Below, piece after piece: positions 1-19,766 of a stretch of 64,000 bases of DNA. Below the pieces are notes generated by a model. The model worked only from the letters and a program-made list of their open reading frames with translations, did no database searches and was not told where the DNA came from. Positions within the stretch are counted from its first letter, which is position 1, and every line of letters begins with the position of its first letter. Source of the stretch: the human T2T-CHM13v2.0 reference genome, Homo sapiens; assembly GCF_009914755.1 (NCBI RefSeq), contig NC_060944.1, one strand, 5' to 3'. The translations under genes and the position numbers were made by a program.

Positions 1-260
1 TTTGGGAGGCCGAGGTGGGCGGATCACCTGAGGTCAAGAGTCCGAGACCAGCCTGGCCAACATAGTGAAACCCCCGTCTCTACGAAAAATACAAAAGTTA
101 GCTGGGTGTGGTGGCGTGCCTGTAATCCCAGCTACTCGGGAGGCTGCAGCAGGAGAATCGCTTGAACGCGGGAGGAGGAGGCTGCAATAAGTCGAGATTC
201 CACCACTGCACTCTAGCCTGAGCGACAGAGTGAAACTCGATCTCAAAAAAAAAAAAAAAA
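1..260 (+). repeat. Alu (5' end outside window)
   Basis: Alu consensus with poly(A) tail. Confidence 0.95.
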
Positions 261-477
261 GTAAAGCTGGCAACACTCTGGAGCTAGGCCCTAAGCACCG
301 TTTATAGAGGTGGAGGAGATAAAAACATTCCTTTCCACTTTGTGGAGTTCTGTCCTCTTTCATTTGATTTATTAATTGTGACCCAGAAGCCAACTGAGGC
401 TTCACGAGAGCCTCCCTCACCCTGCCTTCCAGCCACACTCCTCTCTGCTCTGACCCCGACTCCCTGCACAACCCTAG

Positions 478-973
<496 letters not shown>

Positions 974-2508
974 CACATGGTCACCATTGTTCTAACATCT
1001 CCTTGCTGCCTGGGACCCAGGCAAGCTCCCCTCTCTGCCCAGACCACTCAGACTTCCAGTCACAGCTGCCTCATGTATGTCTCGAGAATCCGGCTCTGAC
1101 AACTCAGGAAATTCCATTCACTCCTGCACCTCAGTTTCTGGGCACAAAGGGACTTTGTCCATCTGGTAATTCACAAAGGAGGGATGTGGTGAAGGGCAGG
1201 AGTCCGGGGTCGGGGGCCTTTCCAATGCTTCAAGCCCATCCTCAGGGAATTCAGTCTCTCTTAGTGGAACTTCCTACCTATCCAGGCATCTCAGGAGGTA
1301 AGCCAGAGACACTGAGAAAAAGGACAGACATAGCCTCTGTGGATATGGGCAGTTGTTTGGAGGAGTGTTGAAGGTGGCCACTGGGTTCACGGAACACCAG
1401 ATTTTCTTCAAAATTTTTTGAGTTTGGCAAAGATGCAAAAGACTGATAGCACATAGCGCCAGCAGCAAGGGTGTGAGGAAGACTGCGCTCATGTACACTG
1501 TTGTGGGGGTTATAAATTGCAACCCTTTTGGATGTTAACTTGGGTTCTGATAATAATTAAAATGCACATTCTTTTTGACCCCAAAATTCTAATTTTAGGA
1601 ATTTAGCCCATAAAGTGTCATCTGCATCTCCTTTGCAATTATTATTCTTTAAATATTTGTTGAACATATACTGGAGGGGTGGGGTGAGACACTAGATGGG
1701 GTTGGCTGGATTTCTGCTGAATTCACTCAGGGGTACTGTGGACCCTGTCAAGAGGAACCAAATTGACCAAATTGACATTTTGACAGTAAATGTCAGGAGT
1801 CAGTCCCTTGCAAAGGCCCACGTGAATTGCCATTATATTCCCAGTGTATTCCAGCGCTGCTTGAATGTCCCTGATGGGATACATTGCCTGGCTGGGCCAT
1901 TCCTTTAATCAGCCCTGTGAGCAAGGATATTGGTCCAAGGCTGTTCACTGCGGCCTCACTGGTGATCAAGAAAACATGAAATGTTTTCAGTCTCCATCAA
2001 AAGAGATCTGGTTCAATGAATCATGGTACCTCCACACTACGGACTAGCATACAGCTGCTAAAGGGAGGAAGATAAATCTACATGCATAACATAAAAAGAT
2101 CTCAAAACATATTACATCAAAAACGCAAGTTCCAGAACATTATGTAGGTAGTCCTAGTTATGAAAAACAAAAACGAACAAAACCAGAATAGGTAAGTAGA
2201 AGAATTCTATAAGCAAATTGTAAACAACGGTCACTTCAGAGGTGCAACCCGGGTGGAAGTAGAACAGGGGATTTATTACTTTTTTATTTTGTACGTGTAT
2301 GACCTTCCTTGGATTTTGCGTGTGTAAGATCTTCCTTGGATTTTAACGACAGATATGTTGTTTAGAACAATGTAAGAAAAGAAGAAAGGAAAGAGAAAGA
2401 AACTCACCGTATCTGAAGTAGCAGCACAGGGTGGTGGCTCAGAACATACGACTCGGGTCCAGAATCTCAGCTCTGTCACTTACTGGCTGTATGACTTAGG
2501 ACATGTTA

Positions 2509-7160
<4,652 letters not shown>

Positions 7161-8817
7161 GAAAAAAAGTTAATACATGTAAGGTACTTAAAATCATGCC
7201 CGGTTCCCAGAAATAAGGACTAGATGAATGCATATTAAATAAAAATTAAATAAGCAGGCTCAAAGATGGGCAATTACCAAGACCCTCCCTGAGACCTGGT
7301 CCAGTGTCAGGCCCTCTTCCCTCTGGTGACCTGTGTCCCCCATGGTGTGGAAATGAGTGTTGGCAGTGCAGAATCACAGCCTGAAGTGACACCAAGTCCA
7401 TTTTGCTCATTAGTTAAGGAAAAGGCCTCCGTGGGTGCCTACGGCTCTTTCATACCAGTAAATCTCTTGCCAGTTTCTCTTTTAAACAAAAAGAAAACAA
7501 ACTTTAGGCTCAGTGCCTTTGGGCATCAATAGTTTGATGTGGAACTTGAATAGCATTGTTCTGTTTTCAGAACTTGCTGTGATATTGATTTCGCATTTTC
7601 AATAGTGATTAGAAAGTCTTCCTTTTCAATAAATGTACTTACGTATTTTTAAGTAAGTTGATTCAAAGATGAAGATTAAGACAGTAAGTAGAGATGGTGT
7701 GTGAAGGTAACAAAAACTGGGACTGGGGCCTGCAGAAGATGAACATTTGGGAAGCACAGTTGTAGGGACTGAGAGAGAAGACAGGGCCTTCCCTTGGGGC
7801 AATTTCATTCTTGGGTTAGTACAGAATGACACAGGATTGATAATAACAGCTTACACCTCCTTGCATGCTTTCCAAGCACCGGCCCTTTACATGAGCTACT
7901 TCTTTTACTCTCTGCAGCATTACTTTCAGGGAGGAGGTAATATAATTCCCATTTGATTAAACAGGAAAGTGAGCCCAGAGGGGTGAGGTAACTTGCCTAA
8001 GGTCACACAGTTTATAAGAGGCTGAAGCCAGATTCAAACCTAGGTCCATCCAATGCCACTGCCCATGGACTACATAGGTTCCTGCTCACCAGAGAAATTC
8101 AGCTCCCAGCAACTCAAAAAACCAACTCTAAGCTATGATCAGCTTCGGAGTTTCCAGAGCCAGCATGGGGAGGAGATGGAGGTGGGGGGCTGAGGGGATA
8201 GAAGACAGACAGATGCCACCCTGGTACAAAACCTGAGATGCTCCAAACCTCACACCCTAGGACAACTGAGAACTCAGGGCCATGCCCTGCCTCTGCCACG
8301 GGGGCACAACAGCAGGAAGACTAGACAACAGCAATGGCAGCTGATGCTTACAGACTACTTCCTGCTTGTCAGCCCTGTGGCGTGTGTATATACCCTTCGT
8401 ATAGAGGCTCTGCTTCAACCTTGTGAAAACTCTTTGAGGTGCGTCTTCTAGAAGTTAGAAATTTGAGGTCTGGCGGGAAGAAAAGATATAGCAAGCAAGG
8501 GGCTGAGTCTAAGCCTTACTCTTAACACTCACTGTGCTCCTTCCAGAAAACAAGCATTTGTCAGGGTGTTGGCATGACAACCTGAAAACTTTAGGCGCCT
8601 CCCCAAACATACCAGCTTCCCTCCACAATCCAGTATCTATGACCTTAAAAGGCATCACAAAAGAGTTCTTAGCTACAAAATCAGAAGACATAAATCTAGT
8701 TCCCTCTCGATCGCTTTGTGGCTGTGAGTATATCTGTATCCTTTTCTGCACCTCAGTCTCCCCAACTGCTCAGTGACAGGGTTGGGACTACTCTGAGGGC
8801 CTGAATGGGTCTACAGC

Positions 8818-9134
8818 AACACTGTCCAATAAATATAACATGTATCACATTGTAATGTTAAATGTTCTAGTAGCCACATTCAAAAAAGTAAAAAGAAACA
8901 GTGCAATTAATTTTAATAATGTATTTTGTCAAAGCTGATGTATCTAAAATGTAACCATTTCAATATGTAATCAATATTTTAAAAATGATTAATAGGTTAC
9001 TTTACATTCTTTTCATACTAAGTATTTGAAATCCAGGATGTTTCACATTTACAGCGCATCTCCATTTGGACCAGCCACATTCCAAGTGCCCAGTAGCCAT
9101 GTATGGCAAGTGGCTACCATACTGGACAGCCCAG
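8818..9134. mobile_element. MER33 (hAT-Charlie) DNA transposon
   Basis: CTGTCCAATA...TAGTAGCCACATT...GTGGCTACCATACTGGACAG; inverted termini. Confidence 0.8.
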
Positions 9135-10039
9135 GTCTAGAATCTTTTTCAATCCATAGCTCATTTTACAGGGAAGAGCTGTCTCATCTTTCTCCCTTCT
9201 CTTAGAAAAGATGTCCTGATCGTAGCCTCCGGGCTGACAAATTCCACATGAGCCCGGAGGGAGGAGCTGGAAGCCACAATGGAGAGAAAGCCCGGGCCTG
9301 CCTGGGTGTGAAGAGGCTGTGGCTGCTGGGGATGCTTTCTGTCTCTCCACAGCCAAATTACTCATGAAGCCCCAGGGATGGGGAGAGTCCCTGCGGAAGA
9401 TGGCCACAATCCTGCTTTTCCTCCTGACCCCAAAATTCCCTTAATTGGAAATTCAGTCTGAGCTTGAAACCCATCCAGGCAGCCACCTCCACCCATGGCA
9501 ACATCTCCATGGGCACGCAGGACTCCTGCCCCAGACACACAAGGAATCCAATCCCACAGCAGCACCTCATGCAAGAGGCTGGATCCCAGCTTCTCAGTCC
9601 CCAGGCTCACTTCCCGGCTGTGGGCCTGGCAGCCTTCTCGGTGGGAGCTCAAAACCTCCACATGCAGGGGCACAGGCATTGGCAGGAAGGACCAGGAGGG
9701 CAAGGAAAATAAGGGGGCATCCCTCCTTCTCCCCAGACTTCCACTTCCTCACCTTTAAAATCAAATGTTGTTAGATCATAGCAATGATTGTCTTTATGCT
9801 GGCTGCCCTGTGCCAGGCATTTTACAGGCATTAGCTCGCATACTCCTTCTAACCACCCTATGAGGAAAGAGGATCCCAGGGTCAGAGTGGTGAAGCAACT
9901 TGGGCAAGGTCACACAGCTCTTCAGAAGAAGAGCTGGGGTTCCAATTCATGGTCTTCTGAATCAAGAACCTAAGCTCCTTCCTGCTGTGCTCTGCCTAAG
10001 TGGCCCAGGGTGTTCCAGGACAGTCCGAGCTTACACTTG

Positions 10040-11015
<976 letters not shown>

Positions 11016-11095
11016 AAGTGCTCCCTTTTACTCACAGAAGTGTTCAGGTTTAGACAATAAATTATATGAGCACCTGGTCATAAGCCTGGTCCTGC

Positions 11096-11472
11096 CTGTC
11101 TTAGACCATCTGTGCCACTTTAACAGAATACCTGGGACCGGGTCATTTGTAGGGGAAGTCCAAGGTCAAGGCACCAGTGGGTTCAGTCTCTGGTGAGGCC
11201 ATTGTCTTCCTCCAAAATGGCACTTCGCACACTACATTCTCCAGAGGGGAGGAAGGTTGGATCCTCACACAGCAGAAGGCGGGAGTGCCAAGAGACAAAA
11301 AGGGGTCAAACTCACCATTTTATAAGGGATTTAATCCCACCCATGAGGATTAATCACCTCTCAAAGATTAGTCTCAGAACTAATCACCTCCCAAAGTTCC
11401 CACGTCTTAATGTTACAATGACAATTAAATTTCGACATGAGTTTTGGAGGGGATAAACATTCAAACTATAGT
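11096..11472. mobile_element. MaLR LTR (MST/MLT1-like)
   Basis: TGTCTTAG.CC...GAAGTCCAAGGTCAAGGCACC...CATGAGTTTTGGAGGGG...ACATTCAAACTATA. Confidence 0.7.
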
Positions 11473-11772
11473 TGCCTCTAACCAAGATGTTTTAAGAAAA
11501 TCACCCATACCTTCTGTCCCCTTCAGTGATGCCAACGGCTCACACACTTATAGCAGTGTAAAGTTTACAAAGTTTAGCATTAGCAAGATGTGCTAAAGTT
11601 TTTGAATCAGAAAGCTAGAGGCTGATGCTTGGGTTCTCCCACTTGCTTGCCAGGTAGTCTTGGGCATGTTACATTCATTCCCTGGGCCTCAGTTTCCATG
11701 TCTGTAAAATGAATTCATTGTACGATGACAATGACTAGTCATATTTTTCAAGCCATGTCTGGTGTCCGACAC

Positions 11773-12200
11773 TGTAGTGGTGACTCTGATGGGCTACCCA
11801 GATTCCCCTTCAGGACTGAAGGACTTATTTCTCCCACTCCCAGCTACTCAGAGAGTTGCCAGCTGTCAGCCCTCTCCAGGGATTGCCCTTGGCTGAAGAG
11901 AGCTGTCCAGCCCTAGTCAAGCCTCCTTCTGGAGGGTAGCCTGCATACAAATGAGGAGAGTATAAAAGATCCAGCTCCCTCATCCCAACTTGCGATGACC
12001 TTGAAGGTCATCTCCACTGCAGAGCATCCCTTATGGTTGGCTGAGGCTTTGTTGAGACTGTATTGCAACCCAGTGTCTCCCACCGCCCAGTCCGGCCTTC
12101 TTCCCTTCCCCACAAGTGTTGATCCAGAGGGTGCTCCCTGTACATTTCCTGCATGTTAATCTTCATCTCTAAGTCTGCTTCCTGGGGAACTCACCTCACA
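11773..12200 (+). mobile_element. ERVL LTR (LTR16-like)
   Basis: CCCAGATTCCCCTTCAGGACTGAAGG...CTTCATCTCTAAGTCTGCTTCCTGGGGAAC. Confidence 0.55.
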
Positions 12201-13289
12201 ATAGGATTGTGAGCCACCTGACCTGCACTGTCGTTCCTAACCCTTAGACCAACTTGTCTTTATAGATGAGATCATTGAGATTAGAGAAGAAAATGGATCT
12301 GGCCAAGGACATACAACTAAGAAATGGCGGTGCCACAGATGGAGAAACTGACACTCAGACAGGCCAACTGATCTGCCCACATCAACGAGCTAAAAAAATG
12401 GCAAGGCCAGGATTTGGCCCTAGGCCTGCTTAACTCTGAAGACCATGTGCCCAGTCTCCTGCCAGGCCATTTACATCCTCAGGAGGATTGCTGCAGCCCC
12501 AGGACAGGCGATTGCCTTTTACCACCCTCCTGCCAGACCACACTGCTGCTGTCCCTGCTCCTGTACCCCACTTTTGCTGGGTTGAAAAGGTTGAAAGGGG
12601 TACCCCACTGCTGCTGTACCCCACCCCAAATTTGCAAAATGAGAATAAGAACAGTATCTACCTTTTCAGGATCTTGTAAGAGTAAATGAGTTAATATAGG
12701 TAAAGACCTCAGAACAGTGACTGGCACATAGAGAATCCTATTTAAGTGGTGGGTTAAAAACAAATCATGTAAGTCATGTAAAGCTGCACCTGTGGCGCGC
12801 TCTAAGGACAGAACGGCAGCTGCCGGTGGACCTCATCCGCTCTCTAAGGGAGTCAGGCTTGACCTGAGCCCTGAAGGAGGAGTAGAGGTTAAGTGAGTGG
12901 CAAAGGAACCAGTATGAACAAAAGCTCTGTGGCAGGAGGAACTAAAGAAGGAAGAACTAGCACAGAGGGAAGAAAACTCCAGGCTCAGGGAAAGAATGAC
13001 AAAAAATAAGGCTGGGTAGGAGGGTGGGAACCTGATTAGAAAAGGCCACTCACTAACTGAGTGATTTTGGACAAGTCACCTTATCTCTCTGAGCCTCACT
13101 TAGCTCATCTGCAAAACAGAAATAAACACAGTACCTATCATAAGGTTGTTAAAGGGACTGAGTGAGTCCATATTTGTGAACCACTTAAAATTGCCTTGTA
13201 CCTAGTAGGTGCCATAAATGTTTGGAGACAACATTAGAACTTTATCTGAAGCACAATGAGAAGACTTAAAGGGGTTTGAATGTAGATGA

Positions 13290-14090
13290 TAGGGTGGGTG
13301 TTTAGTAGATGGGAGGGTGGATGGACGCATGGGTAGATGGATAGGTGGGGGAGGTTGAATGAATAGAAGTTTGGTTGAGTGATAGAGGTGGCTGGCTGGG
13401 TAGCTGGATGACCAGGCGGGTGGGTGGGAGTGGATGTTGTTTTAATGAACAGAAGTGTCGCTGGGTGGATAAATGGAAGTACTTGAGTGAATGGATGCGT
13501 GGCTGGATGTTAAGATGGGTGGCTGGGCAGCTGGAAGCAGCTGAGTGAATGCAGGTGATTGGTGGGTGAGGGGACGGGTGAGTGGTTGAAAGGGTATCTG
13601 TATGTTTGAATGGGCATCTGGGTAGTTGGACGGGTGGTTGAGTCGATGAATGGATGGGTGATGAGCTGGTTGAGTAGGTAAAAGGATGAAAAATTGGGTA
13701 GGTTGCATGGAATAGATAAGTAAATCTTTGAGTGAATGGGTGGTTGTTCAGGTAGATGTTAGGCTGTTGTTCAGGTGGATGTTCAGGTGTGATGTGGGAC
13801 TGGAGGTGGGTGTGTGGGTGGAGGGGTTGTTCAGTGAGTGTTAGAGAAGTTAGTCAATGAAGGAATTGGGTGGATTTGGATGGATGTTTGGGTGGTTGAC
13901 TGCGAGGTTGTGTGGATAGATGGATGACTGGATGACTGGGTGGGTAAACAGGAAGTGGAATGGGTAGGGGAATGGAGTGGATGACTGGAGAGATGGCTGT
14001 TCAGGTGGATATTAGAAAGGTTGGGTGAGTGGTAGGGTTAAGTCAGTGGAAGGGCTGGGTGTAACTGAGTGATGGATGGATGGGTGAGTG
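13290..14090. repeat. Degenerate (TGGA/TGGG)n low-complexity tract
   Basis: About 800 bp of GGATGGATGGGTGG-type units, nearly C-free on the plus strand. Confidence 0.9.
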
Positions 14091-14253
14091 AACAGGAGCC
14101 ACCAGCTCCCGAAGAGCCTCCAATTAACCCCTGAAGGTGATGGGGGTAAAAGAAGCAGAATCAGGCTTGGAGACAGGGCCTCCTAGGTTGCCCTGCCCCA
14201 GGACCCCCTTCTCCGAGGGGAGGCGACCCCTTCCCACCCCCACCGCTGTCCTA

Positions 14254-15170
<917 letters not shown>

Positions 15171-15425
15171 GGGTCAGGGTGCACAGTGCTATGAGTGTTT
15201 GAGTCTACTCGAGTGTGCAATAACACGAGTGGGTGAGCCAGGAGGAGCTTGCACGATGGTAGGAATACGTTGGTGGGAACATGGCAAGGTCACAAGTCGT
15301 GAACGGATAAGCTAGTGAGTTCGCATGGTAGTGCAAATGTTGGAGAGCATGGGCTTGTGTGTGTATTTGTGCAAGATCGTGCGTACAAGACACTTGTGGG
15401 CGTGCATATCGGTGTCTTTTGACTA

Positions 15426-15733
<308 letters not shown>

Positions 15734-16996
15734 TCATGAGTGTGCAGGGTAGTGTGTGCACAGTGGGGTGAGTGCCTGAGATCTCACGGAGTTGACATTA
15801 TGGATGTGTATGAGGTTCTGAGTGTGCAAGGCTATCAGAGTGCCAAAGAACAAAGTAATATGTAGCACTCCAGGCTGAGTGTGTGAGGTGATGGGCATCA
15901 GTGAAACCGAGACACTGAGACCGTATGAAACCATATGGAGGAAGGCTAGTGGTGTGTACAAGGTGTCGGCAACTTAGGCCCTGCATGTACACAAGTCCAT
16001 GAGCTCCTGGGATTGAGATGCCTTATGTTAGCAGCCATCCAAGTCTTACGTGTGTGGAGAGGCAGCAGGGAGTAGTGGTTCAGAGCACAAACTCCAGAGC
16101 CAGGCTCCCTGGGTCCAGATCCTGCCTCTGCCCTTACTAGCTGTGTGACCTTGGGCAACTGACTTAACCTCCCTGTACCTTAGCTTCCTTATCTGCCAGA
16201 GGTAATAACTGCCTCTTACCTCCTAGGGTTTTTTTTTGAGGTTTAAATGAGTTAATGTCTCCGAAAAACTCTGAAAGCAAAGATATGTGTGTGATACTGT
16301 GATTCTACAAAGTTGTGCTCACGTGTGAGGTCACCTGAGTTGTATGACAAGCTGATACACAGCTGCCAAAATAACTTCATCCTTCACCCCCATCCTGACA
16401 TGTAGTTCTCCCCAGGGCTCATCCAAAAACCTTCTCCTATTCTCTCTAGATGACTGCACATCTAGTGTTTTTAAACTGCCATTTATGTCCTGCTGACCTC
16501 CCCAAATATATCCCCAACCCCTCCCTCTCCCTTCGGTAGCTCCAGATGTCACCTTGGAAATTTGTGTTCCCTCAGATGGTACACAGCCACCTCCAGCTCA
16601 CATCTGCCCTCACTCACCCCACACACACACCTGGGCCACAGTCCTGGTCTTTCTTTCCCACAGCAGTGCTGCTGAAAGGCAGTTCTCTGCCTTCGTCTTT
16701 GTACCTCCACCATGTAGAACGGTACCTGATACATAACGTTCACTGCACCGAAGGCAGAAATTCTGAGGCTTCTTTGTTTTAAACACAAGCTGATACATTC
16801 TCCCTAGTTAACAAAAACCAAAAGGTCTTCCTGCTAATAAATGTCCAGGAGCAAGATGGCTGAGTAGACAACCAAGGATGGGACTCCTAAACTCACCCCA
16901 GCAGATCTGCTGTTGCACTGCTCTTCCCTCTTCCTGGAACTCTTTTCCTCCAGATATCCTTCAAGTCTTTGCTCAATGAGACCTACTCTGACCCCC

Positions 16997-17380
16997 TGTG
17001 ATGGTTAATACTGAGTATTAGCTTGATTGGATTGAAGGATGCAAAGTATCGATCCTGGGTGTATCTGTGAGGGTGTTGCCAAAGGAGATTAACATTTGAG
17101 TCAGTGGGCTGGGGAAGGTGGACTCACCCTTAATCTGGATGGGCACCTTCTAAGCAGCTGCCAGCAAATATAAAGCAGGCAGAAAAATGTGAAAAGCCTA
17201 GACTGGCTTAGCCTCCCAGCCTACATCTTCCTCCCATGCTGCTGGATGCTTCCTGCCCTCGAACATCAGACTCCAAGTTCTTCAGCTTTGGGACTCGGAC
17301 TGGCTTCCTTGCTGCTCAGCTTGTGGACAGCCCATTGTGGGACCCTGTGATCGTGTGAGTTAATACTCCTTAATAAACTT

Positions 17381-17445
<65 letters not shown>

Positions 17446-17498
17446 TACACACACACATCCTATTAGATCTGTCCCTCTAGAGAACGCTGATGAATACA
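16997..17498 (+). mobile_element. MLT2A (HERV-L) solo LTR with internal (TA)n(CA)n microsatellite
   Basis: TGTGATGGTTAATACTGAGT...CCTATTAG.TCTGTCCCTCTAGAGAAC...AATACA; TG...CA ends, AATAAA, near-TSD CCCCC/CCACC. Confidence 0.85.
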
Positions 17499-19434
17499 CC
17501 ACCCTGTTTAAAACTGCAATCTGCTTATTTCACATTGCGTGCCTTTATCAAAACATCTCATATACCCCATAAATATTTAATATATACATCCATTATGAAC
17601 CCACAAAATTTTTTCCAAAATTGCAATCTGCCTGCACCCCCACCACCCTGCTCACTTATCTACTTTTCCTTATTTTTCCCATAGCACGTATCACCTTCTA
17701 ACATACCATATGACTTATTTATTACATTAATTGCTTTTCTCCCTCTGCTAAAATGGAAGCTCCATGAGGGCAGGGATCTTTTCTATTTTGTTCTTGGATG
17801 GATTCCAGAACCTGGAACAGTGCCTGGTACACAGAGGTGCTCCGTTAATATCTGCAAAATGGCTGACTGACTAAACCTGTTCAAAAATTCCATCTCATTG
17901 GGTGACCTTGGCAATTCCTTTTCTTAACACCTCCATTGTCTGCCTGTCAATGATGTGTTGGGTGAAGAGCTCTCCAAGGCTTGATCTAACTCTGAGATGC
18001 TGAGCTTCTAGGAATTGGTGCACTGTAACTTTGGAGGCGAAGGAGGGCACATCTAGATGCTTCCACACTGCCTGGTCCCTCCCAGCACATTGAGCTCAGG
18101 ATCCCACTTCTACCCCATCCTGCCTCTTCTGCATGAAGAGCCCCCATTAAGGATCAAGAACCCCCATTAAGGATCATGTACAATGCCAGGGGCTCACTAA
18201 ACCTCTCAACAGTCCTGTGAGGTGAGTCCCATGATAATGCGAATTTCCAGGAGGATGCTGGTGATCTGAGAGGTTAAGCAATTTGACCAAGGAAATGGGA
18301 TCCAAGCCTAAGCCTGTCTGATGCCAGAGTGTATGCTGCGAGCCCATGGCTCTTAATCCTGGTGTGCATTAGAAGCACCAGTGAAACTTTAAAAGAAAAC
18401 AACTGATCCTTGGGCTTTACCACCATCAATTCCTGTTTATTCTGTTGGAAAAGGTCCCTAGTGCTTCCAGCCCCTCTGGACAGCAAGAAAGAACAGCCAG
18501 GAGGGAGAGACACCTGGGCTCTGTTCCCTTCAATGACCAGCCTCAAAAAACCAAGGATCATGGAATATCAGCAATAAAAGGGCTAAAGAGAAATGGAGAG
18601 AGACAGAAATGGAGAAGAAAGCATTGGGCATGATCTCATAGAGGAAGATGCAAATATGACCTCTATTTCATAGGTAGGTTGATGTTCAGAGAAGTTATGT
18701 GACTTGCCCAAAGTCACACAGTGAGAAAGGAGCAGAACTGGGATTTGAACTAAGATCCAACTTAAGCTAAGGAAGTGGAAAATGGGATTGTATGACAGGT
18801 GCAATGAACAGAGAAATGGGAATGTGGTATAGCTGATGAAAAATGGGAAGTTGGATAGATGGGAAACCAACAGGTCGCATTTCCCAAGCTCATTCACATG
18901 TGATCCCATTGGATGGAGGCTGAGGACAGAATGGAATGTGGAGTCATCCTGGCTTCAAATATCATCTAAGCTGGGGAACCTTGGGCAAGTTCCTTCTTTT
19001 GATCTTAGTTTTTTTGTCTGGAAAATGGAAAAGTAATACCCACTTTCCAGGGGTCTTTTGAGGATTAAAAATAAGACAACAAAAAATGGAAACAATTCAA
19101 ATGTCAGTCAGCTGGTACATGGATAAACTAACACAGTGAAGTGCTAGAAAAGAGAGTGTGCTAGAAAAGAGAAGTGCTAGAAAAGTGCAAGAAAAGAGAG
19201 CAGGCTGCTGTTACACACAACACATGAATGGGTCTCCAAAACATGCTAAGTGAACAAAGCTAGAGATGAAAGCTGTGTGACTCCAGTTACATGAAAGCCT
19301 CAAAAAACAAACAAACAAACAAACAAACAAACAAACAAACAAACAAACCTATAGTGCCAGAAAGTGGATCTGTGGTTGCCAGGGGCTGGGTGTGGAAGGA
19401 ATAGAATGCAAAAGGGCACAGGGAAACTTCCTGA

Positions 19435-19766
<332 letters not shown>

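Noticed and set aside
19138-19200. Short repeats GTGCTAGAAAAGAG, plus the 20-bp duplication at 18141-18176 and the ~28-bp duplication at 2300-2345, as a CRISPR-like array
   Set aside because: No unique spacers or constant period. These are ordinary slippage duplications in human DNA.
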